Shown one piece after another: positions 9,542 through 24,625 of a DNA stretch of 64,000 nt (position 1 is the first letter of the stretch; the number at the start of each line of letters is the position of its first letter). The stretch lies in the NCBI GenBank assembly GCA_963708025.1, contig CAVPSB010000022.1, positions 64,001-128,000 on the forward strand. Reading direction: 5' to 3'. The position numbers and the translations under genes are program-made. Source of the stretch: an uncultured Candidatus Rokubacteria bacterium. Its GTDB lineage: Bacteria > Methylomirabilota > Methylomirabilia > Rokubacteriales > DASRDR01. The notes beneath the pieces are model-generated. The model saw nothing but the letters and a program-made list of their open reading frames with translations, was not told where the DNA came from and ran no database searches.

Positions 9542-10954
9542 CTAGCGCCACTGCGTGAAGATCGTCTTCATCCGGTTGATGGCCTCGTCGGCCGCCTTGT
9601 CGGCCGGCCACTTGTCCACGTTGGTCCGGGCCATCGCCTTGCCCCAGATGTTCTCGGCGTACACCTGCGAGTTGGCGGGGCTCTTCCAGTGGTCGAAGAC
9701 CTTGACGTTCCGCTCCAGGTAGAGCTTGGTCGCCAGCGGGATGTGGTAGTCCACGGGGCCGCCCTTGCCGGCCTGTCCCTTGGCGAAGAACGGGTCCTTG
9801 GCGACGTCGTTGAACGCCGGGAACCACCGCCCGTTGGCGCCCTTGATGTACTCGGCGAACCGGTTGGGCTCCAGCACGAACCGGATGAACTCCTTGCCCA
9901 TGTCGACGTTCTTGGCGTCCTTGGGGATGAGGATGGTCTTGACCGCGACCATGTAGCCGGCCTTGCCGCCGCCCGGGTTGTCCGGCCACTCCACCGTGGC
10001 CATCTTGTTGAAGTAGCTCTCCGGCCCGTTGAAGAACCAGTGGGCCGGGATGGAGAGCGACGGGTTCGGGGTCATGACGATCGACTTCGAGTGGAAGTTG
10101 GCGTTGTTGTCCCCGTCCGACCAGTTGATCGCGTCCGGGGGCACGTAGCCCGAGTTGTACATGTCGGCGAACCAGCCGAGGGTCTTGACGATCGCCTCGC
10201 GGTTCTTCGGCTGGTCGGCGATCACCTTGCCGTCCTGGTCCAGGAGCTGGCCGCCGTACGACAGGAGCGCCATCTCGAAGTTGTAGATCGTGTCGGAGCC
10301 CCGCGAGGACTCGGTCATGCCGATCCCGTAGAGCTTGCCGTACTTCGCCGGGTCCTTCTTCCGGAGCGCGTCCTGCGCCTTCTTCCAGTAGTCCCAGTAC
10401 TCGTCCCACTTGAGGGGGATCTTCTCCGGCTCGTCGGCCATGCCGACCTCCTTGAGGAGATCCCGCCAGTAGTGGATGTGCATGATCTGGGCTTCGATGG
10501 GCACCCCGTAGTAGGCCCGCTTCTTGGCCACGTTGTTGTAGCAGTACGCCACCTGGAGGAACTTCTCGTTGTACCGCGGCTTCAGCTCGTTGATGACGTC
10601 GGTGGTCTCGGCGAGCTTGTCGTTCCAGGCGTTGTTCGGCATCACTTCCCAGTCGTTGTAGAAGCAGAAGGCGACGTCGGGCACCCGGCGGGCCTGGATC
10701 GCCGCGATGATCTTCTTGAGCAGGTCCTCCTGGATGGTGAACGAGATGTCCACCTTCACGCCCTTGGCCTTCTCGAACTCCTGGGCGATCTTGATCATCG
10801 CCTCGTCTTCTTCCTTGTAGTAGCCGCGGTTCCACCAGACGACGACTGTCCGGGCCTGGGCCCGCGAGACCATGGGGAAGCCCAGCGTCCCGGAGAGCGC
10901 GCCGGCGCCGGCGGCCGCAGTCGTCTTGAGAAAGTCCCGGCGGGTGTGGCCCAT
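9542..10954 (-). CDS. Sugar-type ABC transporter substrate-binding protein, Tat-exported
   Basis: TRRDFLK twin-arginine signal; SBP_bac_1-like sequence; sits upstream of two permeases. Confidence 0.88.
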   Translation of the reverse strand: MGHTRRDFLKTTAAAGAGALSGTLGFPMVSRAQARTVVVWWNRGYYKEEDEAMIKIAQEFEKAKGVKVDISFTIQEDLLKKIIAAIQARRVPDVAFCFYNDWEVMPNNAWNDKLAETTDVINELKPRYNEKFLQVAYCYNNVAKKRAYYGVPIEAQIMHIHYWRDLLKEVGMADEPEKIPLKWDEYWDYWKKAQDALRKKDPAKYGKLYGIGMTESSRGSDTIYNFEMALLSYGGQLLDQDGKVIADQPKNREAIVKTLGWFADMYNSGYVPPDAINWSDGDNNANFHSKSIVMTPNPSLSIPAHWFFNGPESYFNKMATVEWPDNPGGGKAGYMVAVKTILIPKDAKNVDMGKEFIRFVLEPNRFAEYIKGANGRWFPAFNDVAKDPFFAKGQAGKGGPVDYHIPLATKLYLERNVKVFDHWKSPANSQVYAENIWGKAMARTNVDKWPADKAADEAINRMKTIFTQWR

Positions 10955-11102
10955 CGTCGTCCTCCTGTAGGGGTTGGCGGAAGCTCCGTCCCGGTGAGCG
11001 AACGGCCTACGGGTGTTCTATACTCCAAACCCCCCGGGGGTCGCAATAGCCCTGCCGCTCGGGCGGGCGGCACCGGGGCCCGGAAAAATCGCACTTTGGC
11101 CC

Positions 11103-11132
11103 TTGACTCGGCCGGCGGAGTGCTCCTAAGAT
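11103..11132 (+). promoter_or_regulatory. Putative sigma70 promoter of the bamD operon
   Basis: TTGACT-18 nt-TAAGAT upstream of GGAGG and the GTG at 11160. Confidence 0.55.
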
Positions 11133-11159
11133 AGCGCCACTCACCGTACCCGGAGGCCC

Positions 11160-11942
11160 GTGGTCATCCATATTCGCCTGCGCCGCCGTTGCGCCCGGCT
11201 GGGCGTCCTCGCCCTCGTCGCTCCCCTTCTCCTCACCGGCTGCTCGCTCTTCGGCAGCAAGCCCTCGACGCTGGCGCCGGCCGGCAAGCTCTACGAGGAC
11301 GGCGAGCGGGACCTCGATCGCCGCCGCTTCGATGCCGCCCGCGACAACCTGCGGAAGATCATCGAGCGCCATCCCGACTCGAACCTGGTCCCCCAGGCCC
11401 GCTTCCTGATCGGCGAGAGCTACTACCGAGATGAGGAGTACGAGAAGGCCGTCCGCGAGTTCGAGGCCTTCATGAGCCTCTATCCCGGCAACCCGATCGC
11501 CGACCTCGCCCAGTACCGCCTGGCCCGGAGTTACTTCGACAACATGCCGTCGGTCGAGCGCGACCAGGCGGTGACGGCGAAGGCGGTCGGCGAGTTCCAG
11601 AAGCTCATCAAGCAGTACCCCGAGAGCCGGTACGCGCCCGACGCGATCGGCAAGATCGAGGTGTGCCGCCTCCGCCTGGCGCAGAAGGAGCTGTGGGTCG
11701 CCGACTACTACGTGCGCCAGAACAACTGGCAGGCCGCCCTCCAGCGCTACGACATGATCCTCAAGGAGTACGGCCGCACGGCGGCCGCCCCCCAGGCGCT
11801 CCTTCAGAAGGCCGACGCGCTGCTCCGCCTCCAGCGCAGGGAGGAGGCCGAGATCACGCTCCGCCGGGTGGTGGAGGAGTTCCCCGACAGCGAGTGGGCG
11901 CGACGGGCCCGGCAGAGGCAAACCTCGCTCATTTCCCAATAG
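11160..11942 (+). CDS. bamD: Outer membrane protein assembly factor BamD
   Basis: Lipobox LLTGC; TPRs; RDQ..T.KA..EF..LI..YP.S.YA; RL.LA.KEL.VA.YY. Confidence 0.88.
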   Translation: MVIHIRLRRRCARLGVLALVAPLLLTGCSLFGSKPSTLAPAGKLYEDGERDLDRRRFDAARDNLRKIIERHPDSNLVPQARFLIGESYYRDEEYEKAVREFEAFMSLYPGNPIADLAQYRLARSYFDNMPSVERDQAVTAKAVGEFQKLIKQYPESRYAPDAIGKIEVCRLRLAQKELWVADYYVRQNNWQAALQRYDMILKEYGRTAAAPQALLQKADALLRLQRREEAEITLRRVVEEFPDSEWARRARQRQTSLISQ

Positions 11943-11955
11943 GAGCCGACCTTCC

Positions 11956-12993
11956 ATGCACGACATCGTGGACCTGCGGTCCGACACCCTCACCACCCCG
12001 ACGCCCGAGATGCGGGCGGCCATGGCGTCCGCCGAGGTCGGCGACGACGTCTGGGAGGAAGACCCGACCGTCCAGCGGCTCGAGGCGCGGGCCGCCGAGC
12101 GGTTCGGGAAGGACGCGGGCCTGTTCGTGGCCTCCGGCACCATGGGCAACCAGGTGGCGATCCTTACCCACACCCAGCCCGGCCAGGAGGTCATCTGCGA
12201 CGTCGACGCGCACGTCATGAGCGCCGAGGTGGGCGGGATCGCGCGGCTGGCCCTCTGCCAGACCCGGCCGCTCCAGACCGAGCGGGGCCTGCCGAGCCCC
12301 GACCAGGTCCGGACCGCCATCCGCCCCCGGAACATCCACATCCCGGTCACCGGTCTCCTCGCCCTCGAGAACACCCACAACCGCCACAGCGGCGTCGCCT
12401 TCACCCCCGAGGAGGTCGGAGCCGTGGCCGCCGTCGCCCACCAGCACGGCGTGCCGGTCCACCTCGACGGGGCCCGCATCTTCAACGCCTGCGTCGCCCT
12501 CGGCCGCGACGCCCGCGAGTTCGGCGCGGTCGTGGACTCGGTGCAGTTCTGCCTCTCCAAGGGGCTGGGGGCACCGGTCGGCTCCCTCATCGTCGGCTCC
12601 CGGGAGTTCATCGCCGGGGCCCGGCGGGTGCGCAAGATGCTCGGGGGCGGGATGCGGCAGGTCGGCGTGCTGGCGGCGGCCGGGCTCCTGGCGCTGGACA
12701 AGGGCGTCGACCGGCTCGCCGACGACCACGCGAACGCCCGCCGGCTGGCGGAAGCCCTGGTCGGCCTCCGGCAGATCCGCCTCGACCTCGCGCGGGTCCA
12801 GACCAACATCGTGATCGTCCACGTCGATCGGCCGGGCGGCGTCGCCGAGCTGGTCGAGGGGTGCCGGGCCCGGAAGGTGAAGATCCACGCCATCGGCCCC
12901 ACGTCCATTCGCTTGTGCACGCACCGGGACGTGGACTCGGAGGACGTCGACCGCGCGATTGCCGCGATCCGCGAGATCGCGGCCGGCTGGTGA
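11956..12993 (+). CDS. ltaE: Low-specificity L-threonine aldolase
   Basis: VDLRSDTLT, GDDVW.EDPTV, SGTMGNQ, LENTHN, HLDGARIFNA, CLSKGLGAPVGS. Confidence 0.93.
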   Translation: MHDIVDLRSDTLTTPTPEMRAAMASAEVGDDVWEEDPTVQRLEARAAERFGKDAGLFVASGTMGNQVAILTHTQPGQEVICDVDAHVMSAEVGGIARLALCQTRPLQTERGLPSPDQVRTAIRPRNIHIPVTGLLALENTHNRHSGVAFTPEEVGAVAAVAHQHGVPVHLDGARIFNACVALGRDAREFGAVVDSVQFCLSKGLGAPVGSLIVGSREFIAGARRVRKMLGGGMRQVGVLAAAGLLALDKGVDRLADDHANARRLAEALVGLRQIRLDLARVQTNIVIVHVDRPGGVAELVEGCRARKVKIHAIGPTSIRLCTHRDVDSEDVDRAIAAIREIAAGW

Positions 12994-13002
12994 GGGACGG
13001 CC

Positions 13003-13977
<975 letters not shown>

Positions 13978-13998
13978 CGCCACACAAAGGACACTGCC

Positions 13999-14973
<975 letters not shown>

Positions 14974-14981
14974 CCGGCCGT

Positions 14982-15130
14982 GCCGATAACCGTCGCATCC
15001 CGTCGTCGTTCGGACGGCCTGGTCGACCTTTGGCGGTCGTCGCCGATCCTCGGCGTACTCGGAGTACGCCTGCGAATGTCGGCGAACCCCTGCGTCGGTC
15101 GGACGGCCTTCGGCCTCGGGGGCTGCTCGG
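14982..15130. repeat. Repeat family B (copy 1), with an embedded family C module
   Basis: The 41 nt at 15034-15074 are identical to the reverse complement of 58482-58522. Core hairpin GGCGTACTC-G-GAGTACGCC. Confidence 0.85.
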
Positions 15131-15153
15131 TTCTTGGCCCGGCTCGTCCCCCA

Positions 15154-15963
15154 GTGCCCGATGTGGTCCGCAAGCCCGCGGTCGCCGGTAGCTTCTACCC
15201 GGGCGATGCGCAGGCGATCGACGCCGAGCTGACCCGACTCCTCCCCGCGCGGCCGGCGACCGCGGCCCGCGCCGTCGTCGTCCCCCACGCCGGCTGGATG
15301 TACTCGGGCACCGTCGCCGGCGAGACGTACGCCCACGTGACCGTGCCCCGGCTGGCCGTCCTGCTCGGTCCCAATCACACCGGCCTCGGACTCCCCGGCG
15401 CGTTGATGGGCGAGGGGGCGTGGCGCTATCCGGGCGCGACGGTGCCAGTGGCGCGGGAGCTGGCCGCGGCGCTGCTGGGGGCGACGGACGAGTTGGCCCC
15501 GGACTCGGCCGCCCACCTCCGCGAGCACGCCCTGGAGGTGCAGCTCCCCTTCCTGCATCGCCGACAGCCGGAGCTGGCGGTGGTGCCGATCACCCTCGGC
15601 CGCATCGACCCCCGCTTCTGCCGCGCGGTGGGCGAGGCGGTCGGCCGCGTCGTGGCCGGCTGGCCCGCCCCCGTGCTCGTCGTCGACTCGACCGACCTCA
15701 ACCACTACGAGCCCCAGGCCATCGGCCGCCGTAAGGACCGCCTCGCCATCGACGCCATCCTCGCCCTCGACCCGGAGCGACTGCGGGAGGCCGTCCGGGC
15801 GCACCAGATCTCGATGTGCGGCCTGGCGCCGACCCAGGCGCTCCTGTGGGCGGCGCCGGCCCTCGGGATCCGGTCCGCGCGGCTGGTGCGATACCAGACC
15901 TCCGGCGACGTCTCCGGCGACCTGGCGCGGGTCGTGGGCTACGCCGGCATCATCCTGGAGTAG
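15154..15963 (+). CDS. amrB: AmmeMemoRadiSam system protein B (MEMO1 family)
   Basis: VRKPAVAGSFYP, VVPHAGWMYSG, LGPNHTG, EHALEVQLPFL, STDLNHYE, MCG, VVGYAG. The upstream ORF extension is translated repeat. Confidence 0.9.
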   Translation: MPDVVRKPAVAGSFYPGDAQAIDAELTRLLPARPATAARAVVVPHAGWMYSGTVAGETYAHVTVPRLAVLLGPNHTGLGLPGALMGEGAWRYPGATVPVARELAAALLGATDELAPDSAAHLREHALEVQLPFLHRRQPELAVVPITLGRIDPRFCRAVGEAVGRVVAGWPAPVLVVDSTDLNHYEPQAIGRRKDRLAIDAILALDPERLREAVRAHQISMCGLAPTQALLWAAPALGIRSARLVRYQTSGDVSGDLARVVGYAGIILE

Positions 15964-15999
15964 CCCGATGCCGACGCTGATCGGCAGTCCGATCATCGC

Positions 16000-16623
16000 G
16001 TGGGTGACCTACCAGGTCCGCCGCGGGAAGCGACCGCAGCTCCCGGAGACGGACCGGCCGCGGTGAGCACGACCATCGAGGCGCTGGCGGCCGAGGACGT
16101 CGCCCGGGACCGGGCGGCGCTGAGCGCGCTCCTGGTGGACGCCGTGGACGGCGGCGCGTCGATCGGGTTTCTCCCACCGCTCGGCGAGGGCGAAGCGGCG
16201 GCCTACTGGGACACGGTGGCCGCCACGCTCCGCGACGGCTCCCGCCTCCTGCTGGCCGCCCGGACGCCCGAGGGTGGCGTGGTCGGCAGCGTCCAGCTCG
16301 ACCTCGCCATGCGCGTCAACGCCCGCCACCGGGCCGAGGTGATGCGGCTCATGGTTCACCGGCGCGCCCGGCGCCACGGTCTCGGGCGCGCCCTGATGCT
16401 CGCGATCGAGGAGCACGCCCGCCGGCTGGGGCGCACCACGCTGGTCCTGGACACCCGGCAGGGCGACCCGTCCGAGCGCCTCTACCAGTCGCTCGGCTGG
16501 ACGCTGGCCGGGACGATCCCCCGCTACGCGCGGAGCGCCGACGGCACCCTCGACGCCACCGCCCTCTACTACCGCCTCCTGGACCCCTGTGAGACCCGTG
16601 AGGCAATCGCCGCGCCCGGGTAG
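16000..16623 (+). CDS. GNAT acetyltransferase (start may be GTG 16063)
   Basis: LLVDAVDGGASIGFLPPL, HRAEV..LMVH..ARR.GLG, LVLDT..G..ERLY..LGW. Confidence 0.85.
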   Translation: MGDLPGPPREATAAPGDGPAAVSTTIEALAAEDVARDRAALSALLVDAVDGGASIGFLPPLGEGEAAAYWDTVAATLRDGSRLLLAARTPEGGVVGSVQLDLAMRVNARHRAEVMRLMVHRRARRHGLGRALMLAIEEHARRLGRTTLVLDTRQGDPSERLYQSLGWTLAGTIPRYARSADGTLDATALYYRLLDPCETREAIAAPG

Positions 16624-16644
16624 CCTGGGAGTCGCGAGGTCCGA

Positions 16645-16712
16645 CCCCCCTCCCCCCAGCCACAGGCCGAAGGCCATCGACGAATCGGGAGGGGACGGGG
16701 GTGGGGGAGGCC
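16645..16712. repeat. Palindromic intergenic repeat, family C
   Basis: CCCCCCTCCCCCCAGCCACAGGCCGAAGGCCATCGA...GGGAGGGG...GGGGGAGG is the reverse complement of the 47.8 kb and 59.8 kb copies. Confidence 0.7.
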
Positions 16713-16716
16713 TCGA

Positions 16717-18660
<1,944 letters not shown>

Positions 18661-18691
18661 GGGGCCGAAAACCCCGCAAACCCCGCCAAAA

Positions 18692-18721
18692 TTGACACGT
18701 TTGGGGGGGCCGGGCTATCAT
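18692..18721 (+). promoter_or_regulatory. Putative sigma70 promoter of alaC-hom-thrC
   Basis: TTGACA-18 nt (contains a G run)-TATCAT. Confidence 0.6.
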
Positions 18722-18789
18722 CGGGGCGTTCCCCGCAGCGTGCCCGCACCCCCCGCGCCCCGAGCCAGGAGGAGAGGGAGGCCGGCCTC

Positions 18790-19959
18790 GTGGAAGAATA
18801 CTACCGGATCAAGCGGCTCCCCCCCTACGTCTTCGCCATCGTCACCGACCTCAAAGTCAAGGCGCGGGCCCGGGGCGAGGACATCGTCGATCTCGGGATG
18901 GGCAACCCCGACCTGCCCACGCCGCCCCACATCGTCGAGAAGATGGTGGAGGCGACGCGGAACCCGAAGAACCACCGCTACTCGGCCTCAAAGGGCATCC
19001 GGCGGCTCCGGGTGGCGATCGCCGGCTGGTACCGGAACCGCTTCGGCGTGGAGCTGGACCCCGAGAGCGAGGCGGTGGCGACGATCGGCTCCAAGGAGGG
19101 CCTGGCCCATCTGGTCCTCGCCCTGCTCCAGCCCGGCGACGCGGTGCTGGTGCCGAACCCGGCCTACCCCATCCACGCCTACTCGGTCGTCATCTCGGAC
19201 GGCGACCTCCGCTCGGTGCCACTCGTCCCCGGCGAGGACTTCTTCGCGCGGCTGCAGGAGGCCGTACGACTCGCCTGGCCGAAGCCGAAGGGCCTGCTCA
19301 TCAACTTCCCGCACAACCCGACGACCCAGGTCACCGACCCCGCGTTCTTCGAGCGGGTGGTAGCCTTCGCCCGCGAGCATCACTTGTGGGTCATCCACGA
19401 CTTCACCTACGCGGATCTCACCTTCGACGGCTACCGGCCGCCCTCGTTCCTGGCGACTCCCGGCGCCCGGGACGTCGGCGTCGAGTTCTTCTCGATGACC
19501 AAGTCGTACAACATGGCCGGCTGGCGGCTCGGCTTCGCGTGCGGGAACGCCCGGATGATCCACGCGCTGGCCCGGCTCAAGTCCTATCTCGACTACGGCG
19601 TGTTCCAGCCCATCCAGATCGCCGGCATCGTGGCGCTGGAAGGGCCCCAGGCGTGCGTGGCCGAGACGGTCGAGGCCTACCGCAAGCGGCGTGACGTGCT
19701 GGTGAACGGGCTCGGCCGCATCGGCTGGAAAGTGGAGAAGCCCCGGGCCACCATGTTCGTGTGGGCGCCGATCCCGGACGCCTATCGCGGCATGGGCTCG
19801 CTGGAGTTCGCCAAGCTCCTCCTCGCCGAGGCGAAGGTCGCCGTCTCCCCCGGTATCGGCTTCGGCGAGTACGGTGAGGGGTTCGTGCGCTTCGCCCTCG
19901 TCGAGAACGAGCACCGGATCCGGCAGGCGGTCCGGGGCATCAAGAAAGTCCTGGGCTAG
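18790..19959 (+). CDS. alaC: Class I/II aminotransferase, alanine transaminase AlaC-like
   Basis: [51 protein letters not shown]. The position before hom is typical. Confidence 0.85.
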   Translation: MEEYYRIKRLPPYVFAIVTDLKVKARARGEDIVDLGMGNPDLPTPPHIVEKMVEATRNPKNHRYSASKGIRRLRVAIAGWYRNRFGVELDPESEAVATIGSKEGLAHLVLALLQPGDAVLVPNPAYPIHAYSVVISDGDLRSVPLVPGEDFFARLQEAVRLAWPKPKGLLINFPHNPTTQVTDPAFFERVVAFAREHHLWVIHDFTYADLTFDGYRPPSFLATPGARDVGVEFFSMTKSYNMAGWRLGFACGNARMIHALARLKSYLDYGVFQPIQIAGIVALEGPQACVAETVEAYRKRRDVLVNGLGRIGWKVEKPRATMFVWAPIPDAYRGMGSLEFAKLLLAEAKVAVSPGIGFGEYGEGFVRFALVENEHRIRQAVRGIKKVLG

Positions 19960-19983
19960 GGCCGCGTGGCGGCAGGTACCCCC

Positions 19984-21285
19984 ATGAACGAGATCGGCAT
20001 CGGGCTGCTCGGCATCGGCACCGTCGGCGGCGGCGTCCTCAAGATCCACCGGCAGAACCAGGCCGGCCTGGAGGCCAAGGCCGGCTGCCGGCTCCGGATC
20101 GCGGCGGTCGCCGACCGCGACGTCACCACGCCCCGCGCCGGCCTCACCCTCGCCGACTGGCCGCTCACGACCGACGTCGAGCGGGTCCTCGGCGATCCGG
20201 CCGTCTCGGTCGTCATCGAGCTGATCGGTGGCCTGGAGCCCGCCCGGACGTTCATCCTGCGCGCCATCGCCGCCGGCAAGCACGTGGTGACCGCCAACAA
20301 GGCGCTGGTCGCGACCCACGGGCTCGAGCTGTTCGAGGCGGCGCGCCGCCGGGGCGTGCTGCTCGGCTTCGAGGCGGCGGTGGCCGGCGGGGTGCCGATC
20401 ATCCGCGCGCTGCGCGACGGGCTGGCCGCCAACCGGATCCTCTCGCTCTACGGCATCGTCAACGGCACCTCGAACTACATCCTCACCCGGATGACCGAGG
20501 AGGGGCGCGAGTTCAAGGACGCCCTGGCCGAGGCCCAGGCCGCCGGCTACGCGGAAGCCGATCCGACCCTCGACATCGAGGGGATCGACTCGGCCCACAA
20601 GCTCCAGATCCTCGCCTCGCTCGCCTTCCGGACGCCCGTCGACCTGAAGGAGATCCACACCGAGGGCATCACCCGGGTCAGCTCGGAGGAGATCGCCAAC
20701 GCGCGCGAACTGGGCTACCGGATCAAGCTCCTCGCCATCGCCAAGGCCGGCGACGATGGGCTGGAGGCCCGGGTACACCCGACGATGATCCCGGCCGCTT
20801 CCCCACTGTCGGCCGTCTCCGGCGTCTTCAACGCGATCTTCGTGTCGGGCGACGCCGTCGGTGACCAGATGTTCTATGGCCGGGGGGCGGGCCAGATGCC
20901 GACGGCCTCCGCCGTTTGGTCCGACGCGATCGAGATCGCGCGCCGGCTGGCCCACGGCCACGGCGCCCTGCCCGAGGATCTGCCGCTCCTGACCGCCGGG
21001 GGCCCCCGGCTCAAGCCGATGGAGGAGATCCGCTCGGCCTACTACCTCCGGGTCATGGCCCGGGACCGCCCCGGGGTCCTCTCCCAGGTGACCGGCGTCC
21101 TCGGACGCCACGACATCTCGATCGCGTCGGTCATCCAGAAGGAACGCCACCACGTGGACGCGGTGCCGGTCGTCTTGATGAGCCACGAGGCGGTGGAGCG
21201 GAACATGCGGGCCGCCCTGGAGGAGATCGATCGCCTGCCGGTCGTGGCCGGGCGCACGGTGATGCTCCGGGTGGAGGCGCAGTAG
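19984..21285 (+). CDS. hom: Homoserine dehydrogenase with C-terminal ACT domain
   Basis: [55 protein letters not shown]. Confidence 0.95.
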   Translation: MNEIGIGLLGIGTVGGGVLKIHRQNQAGLEAKAGCRLRIAAVADRDVTTPRAGLTLADWPLTTDVERVLGDPAVSVVIELIGGLEPARTFILRAIAAGKHVVTANKALVATHGLELFEAARRRGVLLGFEAAVAGGVPIIRALRDGLAANRILSLYGIVNGTSNYILTRMTEEGREFKDALAEAQAAGYAEADPTLDIEGIDSAHKLQILASLAFRTPVDLKEIHTEGITRVSSEEIANARELGYRIKLLAIAKAGDDGLEARVHPTMIPAASPLSAVSGVFNAIFVSGDAVGDQMFYGRGAGQMPTASAVWSDAIEIARRLAHGHGALPEDLPLLTAGGPRLKPMEEIRSAYYLRVMARDRPGVLSQVTGVLGRHDISIASVIQKERHHVDAVPVVLMSHEAVERNMRAALEEIDRLPVVAGRTVMLRVEAQ

Positions 21286-21293
21286 GCCCCCCG

Positions 21294-22349
21294 ATGTTCT
21301 GGCCCGGCGTCGTCGAGCAGTATCGCCGCTTCCTGCCCGTCGGCGAGCACACGCCCGTCGTCACGCTCCAGGAGGGGAACACCCCGCTCCTCGAGGCCCC
21401 GCGACTGGCCGAGGCGGCCGGCGGCGGGCTCCGCGTCTACCTCAAGTGCGAGGGGTTCAACCCGACCGGGTCGTTCAAGGACCGGGGCATGACCCTCGCC
21501 GTCTCGAAGGCCGTCGAGGCGGGGACGCGGGCCGTGATCTGTGCCTCCACCGGCAACACCTCGGCCTCCGCCGCCGCCTACGCGGCCCGCGCCGGGCTGC
21601 GGGCCTTCGTCGTCATCCCCAAGGGGGCCGTGGCCCTCGGCAAGCTCTCCCAGGCGCTGATCCACGGCGCCACCGTCATCATGGTGGAGGGCTCGTTCGA
21701 CCAGGCCCTGGCCGTCGTGCGGGAGATCGCGGCCGCGCATCCGGTCACGCTCGTCAACCACCTCAACCCTCACCGCATCGAGGGCCAGAAGACGGGGGCC
21801 TTCGAGGTCGTGGACCAGCTCGGCCGGGCGCCGGACTACCACCTGATCCCCGTCGGCAACGCCGGCAACATCACCGCCTACTGGAAGGGCTACAAGGAGT
21901 ACTGCGGGGCCGGGTTCGCCAAGACGCTCCCCCGCATGGCCGGCTTCCAGGCCGCCGGCGCCGCCCCGCTCGTCGAGAACCGGGTGATCCCCGAGCCCCG
22001 GACCGTCGCCACCGCCATCCGGATCGGCAACCCGGCGTCCTGGCAGGCCGCGGTCCAGGCCATCCGCGAGTCGGAAGGGTGGGTCGAGGCCGTCACCGAC
22101 GAGGAGATCCTCCACGCCTACCGCCTGCTCGCCCGCGAGGAGGGCATCTTCATGGAGCCGGCCTCCGCCGCCGCGGTGGCCGGGCTCCTCAAGTCCGCCA
22201 AGGCGGGCCGCTTCGAGAGCGGCGCCACCTGCGTGCTGACGCTCACCGGCCACGGCCTGAAGGACCCCGAGTCCGCCCTCGGCGCCGCCACCCGGCCCGT
22301 CACCGTGGCCCCCCGTCTCGACGCCGTCCTGGGAGCGATGAGCCTCTAG
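21294..22349 (+). CDS. thrC: Threonine synthase
   Basis: Starts [50 protein letters not shown]. Confidence 0.95.
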   Translation: MFWPGVVEQYRRFLPVGEHTPVVTLQEGNTPLLEAPRLAEAAGGGLRVYLKCEGFNPTGSFKDRGMTLAVSKAVEAGTRAVICASTGNTSASAAAYAARAGLRAFVVIPKGAVALGKLSQALIHGATVIMVEGSFDQALAVVREIAAAHPVTLVNHLNPHRIEGQKTGAFEVVDQLGRAPDYHLIPVGNAGNITAYWKGYKEYCGAGFAKTLPRMAGFQAAGAAPLVENRVIPEPRTVATAIRIGNPASWQAAVQAIRESEGWVEAVTDEEILHAYRLLAREEGIFMEPASAAAVAGLLKSAKAGRFESGATCVLTLTGHGLKDPESALGAATRPVTVAPRLDAVLGAMSL

Positions 22350-22380
22350 TTCCGGATCAGGAAACCCGCGCCGGTCTCTT

Positions 22381-22417
22381 ACCCTCTCCCCTGGGGGCGA
22401 GGGTAGGGTGAGGGGGC
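22381..22417. repeat. REP-like palindrome (CCCTCACCC...CCCTC.CCC...GGGAGAGGG type)
   Basis: ACCCTCTCCCCTGGGGGCGAGGGTAGGGTGAGGGGG just after the thrC stop. Single clear copy; a distant relative may lie at 39380-39450. Confidence 0.5.
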
Positions 22418-23323
22418 GATCGACTGGCCCCATCCTTGACGTAGCGTCGCAGGGCTCAGCGGGCCCCCCTCTGACAGGCCTCCAGGCCGTGAAGCGTCGC
22501 CGCCGACGTCCGTCTAAGCGGACAGGCGGCGGCGGGCCACGCATCAACCAACGCCGGGAGCTCCTCCCTCCCCGGAGTGCGTCGCCCGCCGCCGCCGTCT
22601 GCTGCCCTCCCGCCGGCTCGCCGAACCGACCAGCCATTTCCCGGCAGCAGGACATAGCGCTCCGCGTCGCCGCCGGCATCCGATGGAAATGGGACGGGGA
22701 CGCTTGCCGACAGCACTGCTCAGTGTATGCTCGAAGCTCTTCCTGTCGTCCGAGTTCACCGTCCGTCGCGGAGCGTCTATCACCAAGGTCGTCACGGTAT
22801 CGTCACCTCAGGAAACGTGAGCCTTCACAATACGGGATCGCGTTCCGCCAGCGAACGCGCGCCGTCAGCGGCGCGGATCTGCCGCAGTCACTGGAAAGCG
22901 TTGTTCGGCGGTGGAGAGACATTCGCTTATGGCGAGGATGCCAAGCCTCGGAACTGTTTCATCACGCGCGCCAGTTGCACGCCTGATCCCGCGCGTCGGA
23001 GAACGCCAACGGCACGCTGCGGGTCAGCCGCTGCAACATGGGTTCAGGCAGCAACCTCCACGGTTGCGTAATGACCTGTCGTGACGTCTTTCCCGGTACT
23101 ACAGTCCGCTGGCGTGGGCGCGGAGGTCGAACACCGTCCGCTCGCATCCCGCGGAGATGGAGTCGGATTGCCACTTGAATGCGCCGGAGGGTTGAATCGA
23201 GCGTGACAGTGAGACGCCCCTTCCGGGGCGTCCCCGGAGTGCGACGGTCGCCGCCACCGACGCTCACCGGCCCGCCGCGGGCGGTTGAACCGGCCGGACC
23301 CGTGGAGTAGCATGGCCAGCGCC

Positions 23324-24622
23324 ATGGGCCTCTACGTGCAGAAGTACGGCGGCTCGTCGGTCGCCGACGCGGAGAAGATCAGGGGCGTGGCCCGCCGCGT
23401 GGTGGAGACGGCCAAGGCGGGCCGGCACGTCGTGGTGGTTGTCTCGGCGATGGGCAAGACCACCGACGGGCTGATCCGGCTCGCTCACGAGATCACCCCG
23501 AGCCCGAGCGAGCGCGAGATGGACAGGCTGCTGGCCACCGGCGAGCAGGTGTCGAGCGCGCTCCTGGCCATGGCGATCGAGGCGCTCGGCCACCCCGCCC
23601 GCTCCTTCACCGGCGACCAGGCCGGGATCCGGACGGACGACGCCCACACCCGGGCCCGCATCGTGGGGATCGACGCCGACAAGGTCCGGCGCGCGCTCGA
23701 CGACGGTCAGATCGCGATCGTCGCCGGCTTCCAGGGCGTGACGGGCGAGGACGACGTCACCACCCTCGGCCGCGGCGGCTCCGACCTCACCGCGGTGGCC
23801 CTGGCCGCCGCCCTCCGGGCCGACGTCTGCGAGATCTACACCGATGTCGACGGCGTCTACACCGCCGACCCGAACATCGTGCCCGAGGCGCGGAAGCTCG
23901 GCCGGGTCTCCTACGACGAGATGCTGGAGATGGCGAGCCTGGGCGCCAGGGTGCTGCAGTCGCGCTCGGTCGAGTTCGCCAAGAAGTACGGCGTCCCGGT
24001 CCACGTCCGCTCGACGTTCAAGGCCGACCCGGGGACGCTGGTGACCATGGAGGACCGGAACATGGAAGCGGTGGTCGTGACCGGCGTCACGCACGATCGC
24101 GGGCAGGCCAAGGTGTCGATCCTGCGGGTGCCGGACCGCCCGGGCATCGCCGCCCAGGTCTTCGGCGCCGTCGCCGACCACGGGATCGTCGTGGACATGA
24201 TCGTCCAGAACATCAGCCGCGACGGCTATACGGACATCTCCTTCACACTGCCCCGCACCGACCGCGAGAAGGCCGTGGCCGTCCTGTCCGACGTGGCGCG
24301 CCGCATCGGCGCCGAGGGCGTGGCGCACGACGACCGGATCGCCAAGGTCTCGATCGTCGGGGTGGGCATGCGGAGCCACTCCGGGGTCGCCGCCCGGATG
24401 TTCCAGACGCTGTCCGGCGAGGGCATCAACATCCAGATGATCTCGACGTCCGAGATCGCGGTGTCGTGCGTGATCGAGGACAAGTACACCGAGCTGGCCG
24501 TCCGCGCCCTCCACGACGCCTTCGAGCTGGGGACCGACCCGGCGCTCAGTGGCCGGCGGCCCAGGCCATCGGCGCCAGGAACAGGAGCGGCGCGCCGCCG
24601 ACCTGGCCGAGCGCGCGCCTGA
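23324..24622 (+). CDS. lysC: Aspartate kinase (monofunctional); the C-terminal tail may be extended by an indel
   Basis: [46 protein letters not shown], two ACT domains, ISTSEI. Confidence 0.95.
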   Translation: MGLYVQKYGGSSVADAEKIRGVARRVVETAKAGRHVVVVVSAMGKTTDGLIRLAHEITPSPSEREMDRLLATGEQVSSALLAMAIEALGHPARSFTGDQAGIRTDDAHTRARIVGIDADKVRRALDDGQIAIVAGFQGVTGEDDVTTLGRGGSDLTAVALAAALRADVCEIYTDVDGVYTADPNIVPEARKLGRVSYDEMLEMASLGARVLQSRSVEFAKKYGVPVHVRSTFKADPGTLVTMEDRNMEAVVVTGVTHDRGQAKVSILRVPDRPGIAAQVFGAVADHGIVVDMIVQNISRDGYTDISFTLPRTDREKAVAVLSDVARRIGAEGVAHDDRIAKVSIVGVGMRSHSGVAARMFQTLSGEGINIQMISTSEIAVSCVIEDKYTELAVRALHDAFELGTDPALSGRRPRPSAPGTGAARRRPGRARA

Positions 24623-24625
24623 ATC

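Noticed and set aside
14980..15153. N-terminal extension of AmrB in the ORF track; likewise extensions of cinA (59906), the lipoprotein (47809) and tldE (52097)
   Set aside because: These are translations of intergenic repeats, and better starts exist downstream.
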